Shown piece by piece: positions 29,842 through 44,235 of a stretch of 64,000 bases of DNA. The notes under the pieces are model-generated. The model ran no database searches. It had not been told where the DNA came from and saw only the letters and a program-made list of their open reading frames with translations. The position numbers were made by a program, and so were the translations under genes. This DNA is from Eledone cirrhosa. Its lineage: Eukaryota. The stretch lies in the NCBI GenBank assembly GCA_964016885.1, contig OZ024740.1:289726001-289790000 (forward strand), read 5' to 3'. Each line of letters opens with the position of its first letter. Position 1 is the stretch's first letter.

Positions 29842-30140
29842 TCTTCTTCTTCTTCTTCTTCTTCTTCTTCTTCTTCTTCTTCTTCTTCTTCTTCTTCTTC
29901 TTCTTCTTCTTCTTCTTCTTCTTCTTCTTTCACCAACACCAACACTAGTACAAGAAGCAGCAGTAGCAACAGCATCAGCATCAGCAGCAGCAGTGCTACC
30001 ACCAGCACCTCCTCCACCACCATCACCACAAACACGACGACGATGATGACCACTACCACCTCCTCCACCACCATCATCACAACCACCGCTGCCAATACCA
30101 AGTTCAGTTCCTCCAGTATCACTACCAGAAACACAACTAC
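29842..30140. repeat. (TCT)n and mixed CAC/CAG trinucleotide microsatellite
   Basis: Direct reading of the sequence. Confidence 0.9.
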
Positions 30141-30179
30141 CATATATATATATATATATATATGTTTCGAAAATATTCT

Positions 30180-30251
<72 letters not shown>

Positions 30252-30276
30252 TATATATATATACACATATATATAT

Positions 30277-30347
<71 letters not shown>

Positions 30348-30350
30348 TAT

Positions 30351-30396
<46 letters not shown>

Positions 30397-30877
30397 TTAT
30401 ATATATATACATATATATACATACATACATACACACACACATATATATATATATCTATGTCTATATCTATCTCTCTCTCTATATATATATATATAGAGAG
30501 AGAGATGGATAGGGAAAAAGAAAGAGACAGAGAACATTTTAAATGTGAAATATAATTACTTCACACAAGCAGATCAATAAGATATACGAATGTATTTACT
30601 AATCAATACATTTGTCTGATTAAATTGATTTTTGATTTTTTTTTATAGAATAGTATTAGTTATGCCTTTTGGATGTAAGGACAAAGAAAAATATCAATCT
30701 TAATAGAAAGTGGCAGGAGAAAAAATAGAAAATATTAACATTTTAAAGCCATTTGGAAAGAAACGTGTCGAAGTTTTTGTCCCAGCCAGTCTCTCCCCCC
30801 CCTCTCTCTTTCTGTCTCTCTCTCACACACATACATATATATATATTCACCCATACATTCCCATACGCTCGCACACG

Positions 30878-30917
<40 letters not shown>

Positions 30918-30976
30918 GTTTCTCTGTTTCTCATTTGCTATCAAAATAGTAAAGGATTAACTGTAGGGAAGAACAT

Positions 30977-31099
<123 letters not shown>

Positions 31100-31101
31100 T
31101 A

Positions 31102-31615
31102 TGGTGTTGTGGAGATAATTCTCATAACACCGTGTCTTCAGGTGGTGGATAGGGGAACGACTTCCAGATACAAAGGTTAGCTACGAATGTTGAATAAGCA
31201 AGTTGTCCTTTGGCAATGTATAGTTTCCGTTTCGGTTTCTGGAAAATGGTATTTCCAGCTAGGAGATTATGTTTAAATTCTTTTTGACTTTAGCCTATAA
31301 CAAGTTGTTGGATTTCTCTATGGCAATCCGGTTATTGACCTTGGTTTCCTTTCTATGTAGAGGAAATAATGTGTTTGTACTATCAAATCAACTCCACTAA
31401 TTGCCAAAATATTGACAAATAGGTTGGTAAAACTGTGGATCCGGCAAAATTATGTGCGCATCTGACAGGGCTCGTTTGGACAAATAATACTTCATATATT
31501 TCCCAATAGAGCGAGTTGAGCATAGGTTTAGTTTCTGCGAGATCTTGATCAATGGCGACTGTGTTGCTAGCGACCAGTTTTGAGACAGCTTTAAGACACA
31601 GAATGACCAAATCAT
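31102..31615 (-). mobile_element. Probable degraded PLE 3' end with truncated hammerhead (CTGAAGA plus hairpin, no GAAA)
   Basis: Minus strand CCAC-CTGAAGA-CACGGTGTTATGAGA..TCTCCACAACACC, cut by (TA)n. Weak endonuclease C-terminus-like translation upstream. Confidence 0.35.
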
Positions 31616-31619
31616 AATA

Positions 31620-32227
31620 TAATGGTTTCTACTATTGGCACAAGGCCAGCAATTACCCAGTACATTACTGGTACTTTATTTTATCGACCCCGTAAGGATG
31701 AAAGGCAAAGTTAACCTTGGTGGGATTTGAACTCAGACCAAATCATAATATAATAAAGGGAGGAGTGCGGGACTGTGTCCTGAATATATATGTTTATCCC
31801 GTTAGTAAAATAGGATGGATTACGTTGAATGAATAATTGTTTCTACTATTGGCACAAAACCAGAAATTACCCACTACATTACTGGTACTTGAATTTATCG
31901 ACCCCGTAAGGATGAAAGGCAAAGTTAACTTCGGCGGGATTTGAACTCAGAATGGCACCGGCCGTAACTCAATGCGTCACAGCATGGCGTCCGACGCTCT
32001 ACCGATACTGCGAAGTCACCGCCATTACGTTGAATAAATAATTGTTTCTACTTTAGGCACAAGGCCAGCAATTACCCAGTGCATTACTGGTACTTTATTT
32101 TATCGACCCCGTAAGGATGAAAGGCAAAGTCAACCTCGGTGGGATTTGAACTCAGATCGTAAAGGGACGTAACTATGCTGGAAAGCATGGCGTCCGACCC
32201 TCTACTGATACTGTCAATCCACCGCCC
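31620..32227 (-). mobile_element. Cluster of three family 1 SINEs (31620-31737 partial, 31834-32023, 32040-32227)
   Basis: Conserved SINE body. Repeated flanks GACCAAATCATAAT and ATTACGTTGAAT(G/A)AATAAT resemble target-site duplications. Confidence 0.9.
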
Positions 32228-33469
32228 TATTACGTTGAATAAATAATGAATGAATGTGACATAATTTATGTACTACATTTCGTAGCTGTTGATTAAACAT
32301 AAATATTCTTATATATAATGATTGCTTACTTTAAGATTCACTTCTTAAACATTTTCAAATGTCAATACTTCTGGTTATGACATAATGGACGCTATAGCAC
32401 ATCACTTATATAAACGTCCATATATTTGCATCGTTATATCATAACGTTTATATTTCCGTCGCTAATTTTCTCCTTTTTCGTTTTCATTACATTTCACCGT
32501 AATTCAGTTTATATATAATATCGTCTTTTTTAAATGTATCATGGATTACTTTACTCATTACAGAAGAGAGTGTAACACAGTCTCTCTTCAATTTCTGTGC
32601 ATATTGTCAATTACGATTTTATTTGACGTATCATATCTACATGTATATATGTTTGCGTATAATATCAATAAGCACATTACACATGCTAGCAGAAAACCAC
32701 CCGAGGGGTGGTTTTTTTGCTAGTTTCTATAATGACAATATCTGTTCGGTGGTGGAAATAAATGAACTGTTTGTCATTATGCGTTCTTATCGGTAACGTT
32801 TTCCTCTCCCGCGGCATATATGTGTTTTAACGTTGAATTAACTTAGAAAGCTGAGCATTTTGAAGAGCAACGAGAAAGGCGTTTAGAAGGCATCATAAAG
32901 TTAAAAGTTAAAAGTTAAAAGTTATGATTAAGCCTAGAATTTAATGGTACTATTTGGCGGTCAATAACCGGTGGCATGGCGGGTTCCAAGTGTGACAGGG
33001 CCCCAGGGCGAAACAGCCGTTCCGAGTAATTTCGTTTACCGAAAGAAGGGGAAATTTATTTTTCCAAGCACTCAAGGAAGGCTGATCGACCCGAACGCCT
33101 GGCGTGCAGTCAGGAACAGATGCACACATATATATATATATGTACGTATGGATTCACCGAACATTTATTATAATGCTCGGTGTGTTTGTAAACAAACATC
33201 CCGTATTAAGCCGCAGTGTCTAGCAACCATCGTTGCTCGTTTGTTCAACACTGACAAAGGAACGCTGTACTAGTTTCAAGCTTATTAGCTATCGTCAGTA
33301 ACGTATACCTTCCTGCCAGATTGTTGAACGTATATACTTACCTTATACATATTAACGGCTGAGTAGCCCATACGTGAATCCATACGAACATATATATATT
33401 TTAATAAATATAATATATACATATATACATTTACACACATATATATATATTTGTATATATATATAAGTA

Positions 33470-35150
33470 TATGGTGGGACAGTAGACTTAAACTTAAACT
33501 TAAAGAACAATTAGAAGACCCCTTAACCCTGATAATGTACTCCCGCTACGTTGATGATATAAACATCGTAATTAAGACACCCCCACTAGAGAACAGTCAG
33601 GAACTAGAGAAAAAGACAATGGAATGCATCCAGCAAATAGCAAACTCCATCCACCAGAGCATTAGAGTTACTATAGACTACCCAAGTAAACACCCCAACC
33701 ATCGATTACCTGTACTAGACACAGAGCTCTGGTTAGATACCATTAACAACAAAAAACAAATCATCCATTCCCATTATGCCAAACCCATGACTTCCAAACA
33801 TCTGATCCACCGAAACTCGGCCGTTTCGGACCATACCAAAATCAACATACTGATTGCGGATTTGGTACGGGTGATGAGAAACGTGTCCCGCATGTGCAAC
33901 CTCGAAGAACTAGAGAGACACATACAACACTTCATCCACCGTATGCAGTTCTCTGGCTACAATCAGAGATATAAAATCAGAGAGATAAAATCAGAGTGTA
34001 TAGAGGAGCCAAAACCAAATGTCAAAAAATGGTAAATAATGACATAAATGGGACCTGCCCCTTGTATAGGAGCAAATTTTGGAATAGAATAGAAAGAACT
34101 AGGAACAAGGCTAATAGAATAAACTCATGGTATGATAGCAATAAATACCAGAGTGTAATGTTCATCGATACAACCCCTAGAGGTGAATTAGCTTACAAAT
34201 TTAGAAGGGCCCTAAATAAACATAAACTCAATATTAAGTTAGTAGAAAGACCAGGTACCTCCGTAAAAACACTTATTAGCAAGACATACCCTTTTCAAAG
34301 ACCCTCATGTATAGACAAGAAATGTATAACCTGTAAAATAAGCCCCCATATTAACTGTAAAACTAGAAATGTAGTGTATAGCATAAGATGTACTGAAGGA
34401 CAATGTAGAGACAAAAATATAGTGTACATAGGTGAGACAGCTCGTAGTGTAGGTGAACAGATGAATGAACACTGGCGAGACCTTCAAGATAGTAAAGAAT
34501 CATCTGTACTCTACCAACATGCTAAAATAGAACACAAGGGTAAATTAGAGAACATAGAAATAAAAATAGAATCTACACACAGAAAAGACGCAATGTTTAG
34601 ACAAATCACAGAGGCAATAAACATAAAAGAATTACAACCAAAATTAAATAGAAAATATGAGTGGAACAGCAACATCACAACTTACAATTAAGGACAAAAT
34701 GAAAACACACACACACATAGAACAAACAACCAACCAGTAACATGTAAATAAACAAATAAATAAATGAACATAAACACACACAGACACCCGGATGTGGCGC
34801 ATGCGCAGACTTAGCACACAACACACACACAGAAACAAAATGGCGTAGGACAGAACAAAGGAGAGGCACAGAAACAAAGAAAGGAATCCCCAGTCACTGA
34901 AGAGGTCACAGAGTGTGTGACGAAAGAACTATGACAATATATAAACAACTATCTGGTTGTGGAACCAACCAACCAGAAATTTATAAATTTATAAATTTAT
35001 AAATTTATTATAAATTTATTATAATAAATTGAAGTGAAATCAACTGGTGCGTGTGTTTCTTATTGGCAACATGACCCTCCCAAAGTATAACTATATCGGT
35101 TTCAACACACGATTTCAGATAAAGAATCTTGCTAAACAAATTCAGAAACG
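33470..35150 (+). mobile_element. Penelope-like element (Nematis-like inferred), 5'-truncated; ORF remnants 33470-34691
   Basis: SRYVDD, LPVLD, HYAKPM, RMQFSGY, CIDKKCITC, VVYSIRC..YIGETARS..MNEH. Confidence 0.9.
34893..34935 (+). ncRNA. Canonical minimal hammerhead in PLE pseudo-LTR (copies 44035-44072 + truncated, 46332-46373 -)
   Basis: GTCA-CTGAAGA-GGTCACAGAGTGTGTGAC-GAAA-GAAC-TA-TGAC. Confidence 0.85.
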
Positions 35151-35165
35151 AAATATATATATATA

Positions 35166-35293
<128 letters not shown>

Positions 35294-35299
35294 CATATA

Positions 35300-35501
35300 A
35301 AACGAAGGAAGTGTGGTAAGCAACCAGGTGGACCATAACGCACCAGGTTACTCAATACTTTGGGTAGTAGAGTGGGTAATAGGAGAATGTTCAAGACCCC
35401 GACGGCAGAGTTCTACCTGTTTCGACGGCTATTTCTGGACTCCAGAAATAGCGGTCGAAACCGCTTGAGCTCTGGCCTCGGGGTCTTGAACATTCTCCTA
35501 T
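35300..35501. mobile_element. Palindromic mini-element, copy C (diverged)
   Basis: Homologous to 2039-2225. Confidence 0.8.
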
Positions 35502-35672
35502 ATATATATATATATACTTACACATACACACATATATGTGAATATATATGTATGTATGTGTATATGTTTATATATATATATATGTATATATACATATTAT
35601 GTGTGTATGTGTATCTGTATATGTATATATATATATATTTATATTTATATTTATATACACATATACACATAA

Positions 35673-35841
<169 letters not shown>

Positions 35842-35894
35842 AGTATGTATATATACGCACATACATATATGTATACAGACGTACAGTAGCATGC

Positions 35895-35957
<63 letters not shown>

Positions 35958-36115
35958 TATATACATACAGGTACATATACATATATGTACGCATCAGTTT
36001 AGCGGACATACGCATCTGTATACATATATGTATGTGCGTATACATACATACTCACATTTAAGTAAGTGCCGTACTAAGAGTGAGAAATGAAATTTCGTTT
36101 TCATTTTATTACAAC

Positions 36116-36154
<39 letters not shown>

Positions 36155-36706
36155 TTATATTTATATTTATATTTATATAAACATATACACATACACATAC
36201 ACACATATATATATATATGCGTATATATATGTATATATATATATATATTTACATATATATGTATATATATACATATATCTATATGTATATATATGTGTGT
36301 GTGTGTGTTTATGTGCATGTGCAATGTATATGTATATAGTAAATGAATAGAGTTCAAGCTGTGCCTGGAGACATGATGGTAAGACAGTAAAGAGATTTAA
36401 ATAATCTCTTGAGTAGAGCAACATAAAACTTTTAACGATATTCTTTGTTCAGTTTATATTAAATACAAGTGTATAGAGAGTTAGACATCTATAATGTAGT
36501 TAAGATCTATTGTACTATAACCTTCCACTATCTGCTACTTATACTAGGTAAAAGGTGGTCTGTTTGTCGGTACTTCTATATGAGATTATATTTGTATAAA
36601 CATGGGTATAGTATATATCTGACTACATACAGACGCAAACACATAGACGCACACATACATAATCACATATAAGAGCTTTTGCATACACGTATATATACAT
36701 ACACAT

Positions 36707-36768
<62 letters not shown>

Positions 36769-36774
36769 GCACAC

Positions 36775-36815
<41 letters not shown>

Positions 36816-37046
36816 TGTATAATAGAGAGAGAGATATGCATGTATGTATGTATGCATGTATGTATGTATGTAGTATGTATGTATGTATGTATGCAGGTAA
36901 GTATGTATATATCTATGTATGTAGATATGCATGTATGCACATATGTATATATATATCTATGTCTATATGTATGTATGTGTATAATAGAGAGATAGATATA
37001 TATCTATGTATATATGTATGTATATATGTATGTATATATGTATGTA

Positions 37047-37115
<69 letters not shown>

Positions 37116-37126
37116 AATCATGTCCT

Positions 37127-37193
37127 TAGAATCACTAGATAAAATATATACCATTTCCAGAGGAAATGGTATATATTTTATCTAGTGATTCTA
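37127..37193. repeat. Short hairpin (~31-bp arms)
   Basis: TAGAATCACTAGATAAAATATATACCATTTCC followed by its reverse complement. Confidence 0.8.
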
Positions 37194-37253
37194 ACGTGAC
37201 CGGTTGCAAAACATATACATCTATGACTTTATGTATATGTAAACCTTTATATA

Positions 37254-37284
<31 letters not shown>

Positions 37285-37702
37285 TACACACACACACACA
37301 CATCTTCACACGCACAGATATATATATATATATATATATGCTTTCATACAAACGAACCTACTATTTATTATATATAGGCATAAATAGAGATCATATATCT
37401 CGTCCTCCACACATATTCTTGTATATATTTGCCTATTTAATACTATATGTGCACACGTCACCGTAAACATACATGCGTACATACACATACACACACACAC
37501 ACACAATCATACCTATACACCCACACACACATACAAAGACATACACGTGCGCGCCTGAGTTTCTAAATCCTCAGGGTTTATGTCACCAACAGCAGCTATA
37601 CATTATATTATTATCGTGAACTTGTATCTGTAGTATTGACCAAGATCTCAATGTTTCCTTGACAACACTTCGGTATATTATCCGTGTAGTAGATGATAGC
37701 TT

Positions 37703-38010
37703 TGAAGACGCGTGGCGTAGTGGTTATTGTGTTGGGCTCGCGATTGTAAGATCGGGAAATAGTTTCCTGGCCTTCATAGTGTCATTGGGCAAGACTCTTT
37801 ATTTCACGTTGCTTCAATTCATTTAGCTGAAACAGTAAATTTAAAGGGCCAGCGTTGTCACTCGGTGTGTCACGCTAAATCTCCATAAGAACTACGCGAA
37901 GGGTGCTCGATGTTTGTGGAATTCTCAGCCACTTGCACGTCCATTTCATAAGTAGGCCGTTTCGATATTCGAACAACTAAAACACTCCTTGGCAAAAAAC
38001 GACGGGTGCC
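37703..38010 (+). mobile_element. Diverged family 2-like SINE
   Basis: GCGTGGCGTAGTGGTTA...GTCATTGGGCAAGACTCTTTATTTCACGTTGCT. Confidence 0.65.
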
Positions 38011-38835
38011 TAACATAGATGACGGCCATTTTCTCTGTTATCTGTCATTTGTTGTAGTTGTTACTCCGCCTTAAGTAAGCGTTGATTGGTTGAACATATG
38101 TTCAAATCAATATCATTCCAGTTGCGACTACATTAGCCAATCTATCCTTTCTTGAGATTTGAAGATGGTTTGATTGCGATCTCTAGCTAGCGTAGGGTCA
38201 TGTTATTTATAATCATTAGAGAGTGCAATTGTAGGTGTGGTTATGACGTGCTTATGGCATGCTTATGGTGTGGTCAGCCATGGTTAACGTTTGGTATGGT
38301 GTGTTTGTGGTATAATGAAATAGTGGTATGGTGTATTTACGAGCTTGTCTTATGATAATTTTTTGGATGCTTCCTTACACAATGTGTGTCTATTCTAGAG
38401 TCACATCCTATCTATATGGATATCCACTACTTCCTAGACCTTATCTTTTAACAAAGTAGTGTTTGGAAAATAGATTGATGTCTGGAGGACGAAGGCTGTA
38501 TCGAGGAATTTAGTAGGTAAAAGCTTATTTCAGGTATATAAAACTGTATTATAATTTACATTCAGCTTGCACTGTTGGACATTCTCTTTCAACTGGAGAT
38601 CCCAAAGATTCCGGCATCTTTTAACAGTACCGTCTCTTCAAGCCGTATCGACCAGCATATATATTTCTAGGGAATGACCATATTCTTTAGGTGACAACGT
38701 AGCACGCCATTTCTATCTTGTCGTTCATACGGCAATTTTACTAAACCAGACTAAAGCATATTACATCATTAAACATTTTTAATGGTAACATATTGGCTTC
38801 TTTGTCTATATATATTTCCAGGTGTTATTACTTAA

Positions 38836-39262
38836 GGGCGGTGGATTGGCAGTATCGGTAGAGAGTCGGACACCATGCTTTGAAGCATAGAGTTACGTCC
38901 CTTTACGATCTGAGTTCAAATCCCGCCGAGGTTGACTTTGCCTTTCATCCTTACGGGGTCGATAAAATAAAGTACCAGTAATGTACTGGGTAATTGCTGG
39001 CCTTGTGCCTAAAATAGAAACAGTTATAACTTACATATGTGGAACGGCGGTTGATTGGTAGAATCGGTAAAGCGTCAGACACCATGCTTTACAACATAAA
39101 GTTATGGCCATTTACGTTCTGAGTTCAAATCCCGCCGAGGTCAGCTTTGCCTTTCTTCTTTATGGGGTTCGATAAAATAAAGTATCAGTAATGCACTGAA
39201 GTCGATTTAATCGACTTTCCCCTCCCCAAATATTGCTGGCCTTGTGCCTATAGTAGAAATCA
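38836..39262 (+). mobile_element. Two tandem family 1 SINEs (38836-39025, 39046-39262)
   Basis: Conserved SINE body and B box. Confidence 0.9.
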
Positions 39263-39522
39263 TTATTACTTCCATATGCATCTAGCCTGAAAATATTTTA
39301 GCATGGACGAGTTTCTTTCATGTAAACCTTGAGATGCAAGTATTGCTCGCACTGGACAATAGTGCTTCTGAACATACATCATAGAACATAACTGAAGGAG
39401 GAATACCTGACTAAGTGAGAAACAGCCCATTATCAACATATTATAACAACTATCTCAATACCATGCTGTTTCTTCTCTTTATATATTTTACAGTTACTAT
39501 AACGGCCTCTGATCATCTAAAC

Positions 39523-40753
39523 CAGTGTTTCTCAAACATTTTACCCTTCTGGAATCTTTGAAATATTTTTCATGTCCCAAGAAACCCCTGCATAAACAAA
39601 TTATTATATACTATCATTAATATATCATTAATATAGTTTTTTTTGTGCATGTATATTCTATAGGCAGCGTAGTGACGGGTTTTAAATGATATATAAAGTT
39701 GAAGTGCCTTGCACTGGAGAAATACCAGGACTCTGGCTTTACTGTAATACTGGCTCAGAGCAGGAGAGTTAAGGCGAAAAAGATATCAGATGCTGCATTT
39801 GCCGACGGCATAGTTCTGGTGACAAACACAGTGAAGGTGGCAGAGGAGTTGATGCAGGAGGTAGCGACTGTGTCGATGAGTGTGGGGCTGAGAATGAATA
39901 AGATTAAGACGAAGTATCTGGTAGAGAATGTTGAGAAGTCAGAGGGGATTACTAATGTAGGCGGGAAACCGCTAGAATCGGTTGAGAACTTCCTGTATCT
40001 GGGAGCAAAGATTGAAAACAGAGAGGATGATGTGGTTGAGAGGGAGAGCAAAGCCTGGGCGGCGTGCCACATTTTGAGATCAGTGTGGAAGTCGGACCTT
40101 CGTAAAGACCTGAAGATCCGCCTCTTCGTTGCTGCAGTGGAGTCTGTGTTACTATACGGGTCTGAGACATGGACACTGACCAAGAAACTCACTCAGATGG
40201 TGGATGGGTGCTACACGAGAATGCTGAGGATAGCTCTGAACATTAATCAGTATACACTGAGGATGAAGAACTCAGAGCTGTATGGGAGCCTCCTAAAAGT
40301 CAGCTCAAAAGTGACACAGAGAAGACTGAGGTTAGCTGGACATGCTCACCAACATCCAGAGTTGACACTGCATTCAGTGCTCCCGTGGGAGCTCCTGCAC
40401 GGACATACTAGAAGAGGGAAACCGAGGTTAACATATGTTGATTCCCTAAGGACAGACACCGGTCTCTTGGAGACGCAGGACATGGCAGCGATGATGAGGG
40501 ACAGAGACCGCTGGAGAGAATTCGTCCATGGATCTCGGGAATTTTACCCGCTCTAGAGAAAGTTGAAGCCTCTATTATAATAAGCAACGATTTTCCAACA
40601 ATATGCTGTACGTGTATAGTAGAATTACGAATATAAAATTAAACAAAAATTAATAAAAAATGTATTAGCATATTTATTACTATTTCTCGCAGAACCCCTA
40701 GATACCTCTTGTGGAACCCTAGGGTTCCGGGTAACACCGGTTGAGAAACGTTG
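39523..40753. mobile_element. hAT/Charlie-like MITE interrupted by an RTE LINE
   Basis: TIRs CAGTGTTTCTCAA / TTGAGAAACGTTG; 8-bp TSD ATCTAAAC / ATATAAAC. Confidence 0.75.
39705..40558 (+). mobile_element. 5'-truncated RTE-clade LINE (RT C-terminal part)
   Basis: AFADG, FLYLG, KIRLF..VESVLLYGSETWTL, RRLRLAGH, RGKPRLTY. TSD AAAGTTGAAG at 39695 and 40559. Confidence 0.9.
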
Positions 40754-40794
40754 ATATAAACTAACAAACAGCGCACAAGCTTTGCTTAATACCA

Positions 40795-40887
40795 CGCTGC
40801 CTTTCATCCTTACGGGGTCCATAAAATAAAGTATGAGTAATGCACTGGGTAATTGCTGGCCTTGTGCCAATAGTAGAAACAATTATT
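40795..40887 (+). mobile_element. Family 1 SINE, 3' half
   Basis: GCCTTTCATCCTTACGGGGTC...GGCCTTGTGCCAATAGTAGAAAC. Confidence 0.8.
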
Positions 40888-41574
40888 CTAATGCTGAACA
40901 CTTCGGCCTTGTCTGGCTAAGACGAGTTTTGCTAAAGTCACAAATATAACAATTGTTACTAAACTACAACTAGCATCACACTGTGGTCATGCTTTGAATG
41001 CAGTCGATCATGTTCGGTTCAACTATGTGTGTGTCTCCGTGTGTGTGAATGTGTTCATTTTTATTCACTGTTTGCCTGTCTGCCTGTCAGTCTGTTTGTC
41101 TGTCTGTCTCTTTCCATATATGTATATATATAAATGCTTATGTCAACAGACGGAGCCTTGTATACAAGGGAACAAAACCTGCAGAAGACGGGAACACCAG
41201 TTCCACTATGGAGATGCACTCATGAATTACATATGCATTATTCAACTTGTGATGTAACGCCTAGGGTCCCAGAAACCTATCGGAGATTTTTATCGATTTC
41301 TATCGTTTCTAATCTATTAGAGATGGCCCAATATATTCCTTAACATATTTGTATTTATTGTTGTTGTGGTATAAGTATGGCCACTCCTTCGGTCGTATCT
41401 CTTGGTATCGCACTTTATTAACTGTTGCGTTTACTCTGGACGATAATGTTGAACTTCTCGCTCCATTGAGTGCTTTGTGATTGCCTCTCACAACTCGATT
41501 AGTACCTGCTATATTGCGGCTACAACATCGATTCTAACCCAGTACACACACACACACACGCACGCGCACGCGCA

Positions 41575-41691
<117 letters not shown>

Positions 41692-41764
41692 TTATCTATA
41701 TCTATTTATGTGTGTGTGTGATTTGTATATATGTATATATGTATAAAACAACGGTTATCTTTAT

Positions 41765-41844
41765 GGTCTGTCTATATCGCGGATTTTCCTTTATGGCAGT
41801 TGGTTCTGGAACGTATCCCCCGCGATAAAGGGGGGATTACCGTA
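41765..41844. mobile_element. Tigger/pogo-like DNA transposon end
   Basis: CCCCCGCGATAAAGGGGGGATTACCGTA resembles a Tigger TIR plus TA. Confidence 0.5.
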
Positions 41845-41849
41845 TATCA

Positions 41850-42430
41850 TTCATTTGGTCTGGAGGTAAAGACGGAGAGATTTATGTCGATAACGTCACA
41901 GTCGAGTAGATGCTAATCGATAGCTACAGGAAATAATGTGTAATGGGAGTTCCAGAGGACCGGCCTTCGGGGATGAAAGTCTGAGTACAGTGGTTAGTGA
42001 GGATCTGGAAGGAGATACAGCATGAGTGGCGAGAAGGAGAGAGACAACAGAGTCAGGATATTCTGAGTGTAGTTAGAATGAGAATAAATAGCTCCATGTA
42101 GCACAGGTCACTGTAATTACGGCAGAAAATGAACTGAGAGTAGACAACATAACTTTTGGCTAGAGACTGGAATATGTTTTGGAGCGATTTTATGCCAACT
42201 TGTTGAGCTTAGAATGTCTGTATGTGTATCAGCAGCACCGTCCCAATACTCCAACTGTGGGCCTCACCTGAGATTATTTCTAAGAGCACAGTATCCCGTG
42301 TGGCCTTCCTGTTTTAAGAATTAGTGTGAGAGGCTACTACTTCTAGTAAGTAGAGAGACGACGTAGCGACTCTGTAGATGTCTTTCCCAGTGTTAGTTTT
42401 GCAACAGTCGATTAATGTTTCAGTTAGACT
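41850..42430 (-). mobile_element. Degraded CR1/L2-type LINE fragment
   Basis: The minus strand encodes a QVRP.LEY-like motif near 42245-42272; heavily decayed. Confidence 0.45.
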
Positions 42431-42628
42431 CCATCTGTAGTTGAGGATTCTCTTCAAGATGTGTCAATTATCATGTCTGTATATTGAGATTACTTATTGC
42501 TTTGGTCAAGTATCTGAAAAGACCGGATGGAACAGTTTTACGTTTTGACCAAACCTCAGGAACAATGTTTGAAATGTTAACGTAAGGTGTTGTGGTTTTG
42601 TCTACATATCAGATTATTAAGGTATTCT

Positions 42629-42785
42629 CAATTAAACTCTCCTTAAAGATCCAAATAATGAATGAGATGGAATATTTATATAATCCTCCTTTATTAATTT
42701 TATTATCACCATAAAATTAATAAAGGAGGATTATATAAATATTCCATCTCATTCATTATTTGGATCTTTAAGGAGAGTTTAATTG
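42629..42785. repeat. Perfect palindrome (~75-bp arms) abutting a SINE 5' end
   Basis: CAATTAAACTCTCC...AATTTTAT, spacer TATCACC, then the exact reverse complement. Confidence 0.9.
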
Positions 42786-43512
42786 GCGGTGGATTGGCAG
42801 TATCAGTAGAGGCTCGGACGCCATGCTTTGACGCATAGAGTTACGGCCCTTGCCAATCTGAGTTCAAATCCCGCCAAGGTTAACTTTGCCTTTCATCCTT
42901 ACGGGGTCGATAAAATAAAGTACCAGTAATGTACTGGATAATTGCTGGCCTTGTGCCAATAGTAGAAACAATTAATTTTATTATCACCATGGCGGTGGAT
43001 TGGCAGTATCGGTAGAGAGTCGGACACCATGCTTTGAAGCGTAGAGTTACGTCCCTTTATGATCCGAGTTCAAATCCCGCCGAGGTTAACTTTGCCTTTC
43101 ATCCCTACGGGGTCGATAAAATAACGTACCAGTAATGTACTGTGTAATTGCTGGCCTTGTGCCTAAAATAGAAACAATTAATTTTATTATCACCATTATA
43201 ATAACATAAATAGATTTAAAATAAGGATTCTATAATTTTATTTGAGTTTATTATAACTAAAATAAAATTATAGAATCATTATTTTAAATCTATTTTCATT
43301 ATAATTTCATTATCACTACTACAGGGCGGTGGATTGGCAGTTCGGTAGAAGGTTCGACACCAAGCTTTGCAGCAAAGAGTTACGGCCCTTTCCATTCTGA
43401 GTTCAAATTCCGCCGAGGTTAACTTTGCCTTTCATCCTTACGGGGTCGATAAAATAAAGTACCAGTAATGTACTGGGTAATTGCTGGCTTTGTACCAAAA
43501 GTAGAAACAATT
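42785..43512 (+). mobile_element. Three family 1 SINEs (42785-42972, 42990-43178, 43325-43512)
   Basis: Conserved body. ATTAATTTTATTATCACCA is repeated at 42692, 42971 and 43177. Confidence 0.9.
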
Positions 43513-43892
43513 ATAACTACAATGTAGTAGACCCGATGAAAATAATTCTCCCGTTACTGAAGTAAAACAGATGGATCATTTAAATTTATGGTTGCGAATA
43601 AAGGATTCTCAGCTAGTTTAAAGTCAGTTTATTTATTAGTTACGAAGTGACAAGCAGATTCGCAAGAAGGCAAAATGCCAAGAGAATAGGAAAAAATCAA
43701 TATTTTTGCCTGCCTTAAGAAAAAAACAACAACAAAACAAAAACAAAAATATAAAATAAACAAACTGAGATGATGGTTTCCGTCTAGTAATCAAACCAAT
43801 ATGGCCTAACTGTGGAACCAAGGAAAGGAAAAAAACAACAACAAAAAATCAACAAAGAAAATAGAAATAATGAAAATGTATATATATATATC

Positions 43893-44222
43893 GTTTCTGA
43901 ATTTGTTTAGCAAGATTCTTTATCTGAAATCGTGTGTTGAAACCGATATTGTTATACTTTGGGAGGGTCATGTTGCCAATAAGAAACACACACACCAGTT
44001 GCTTTCACTTCAATTTATTATATATTTATAATAATGAAGAGGTCACAGAGTGTGTGACGAAAGAACTATGACTATATATAAACAACTATCTGGTTGTGGA
44101 ACCAACCAACCAACCAGAAATATATAAATTTGTAAATTTATAAATATATAATAAATTGAAGTGAAAGCAACTGGTGCGTGTGTTTCTTATTGGCAACATG
44201 ACCCTCCCAAAGTATAACAATA
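43893..44222. mobile_element. Inverted pair of pseudo-LTR ends from the 33470-35150 PLE family
   Basis: 43893-44030 (-) and 44033-44222 (+) match 34898-35150. Confidence 0.85.
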
Positions 44223-44235
44223 TATATATATATAT

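Noticed and set aside
29824-30555. Ser/Thr-rich 243-aa mucin-like ORF and its poly-Glu/poly-Arg antisense ORFs
   Set aside because: Trinucleotide and dinucleotide repeats only; no splice or domain evidence.
38560-38800. Possible decayed LINE C-terminal fragment
   Set aside because: Only a faint LPYE.R-like match; too degraded to support.
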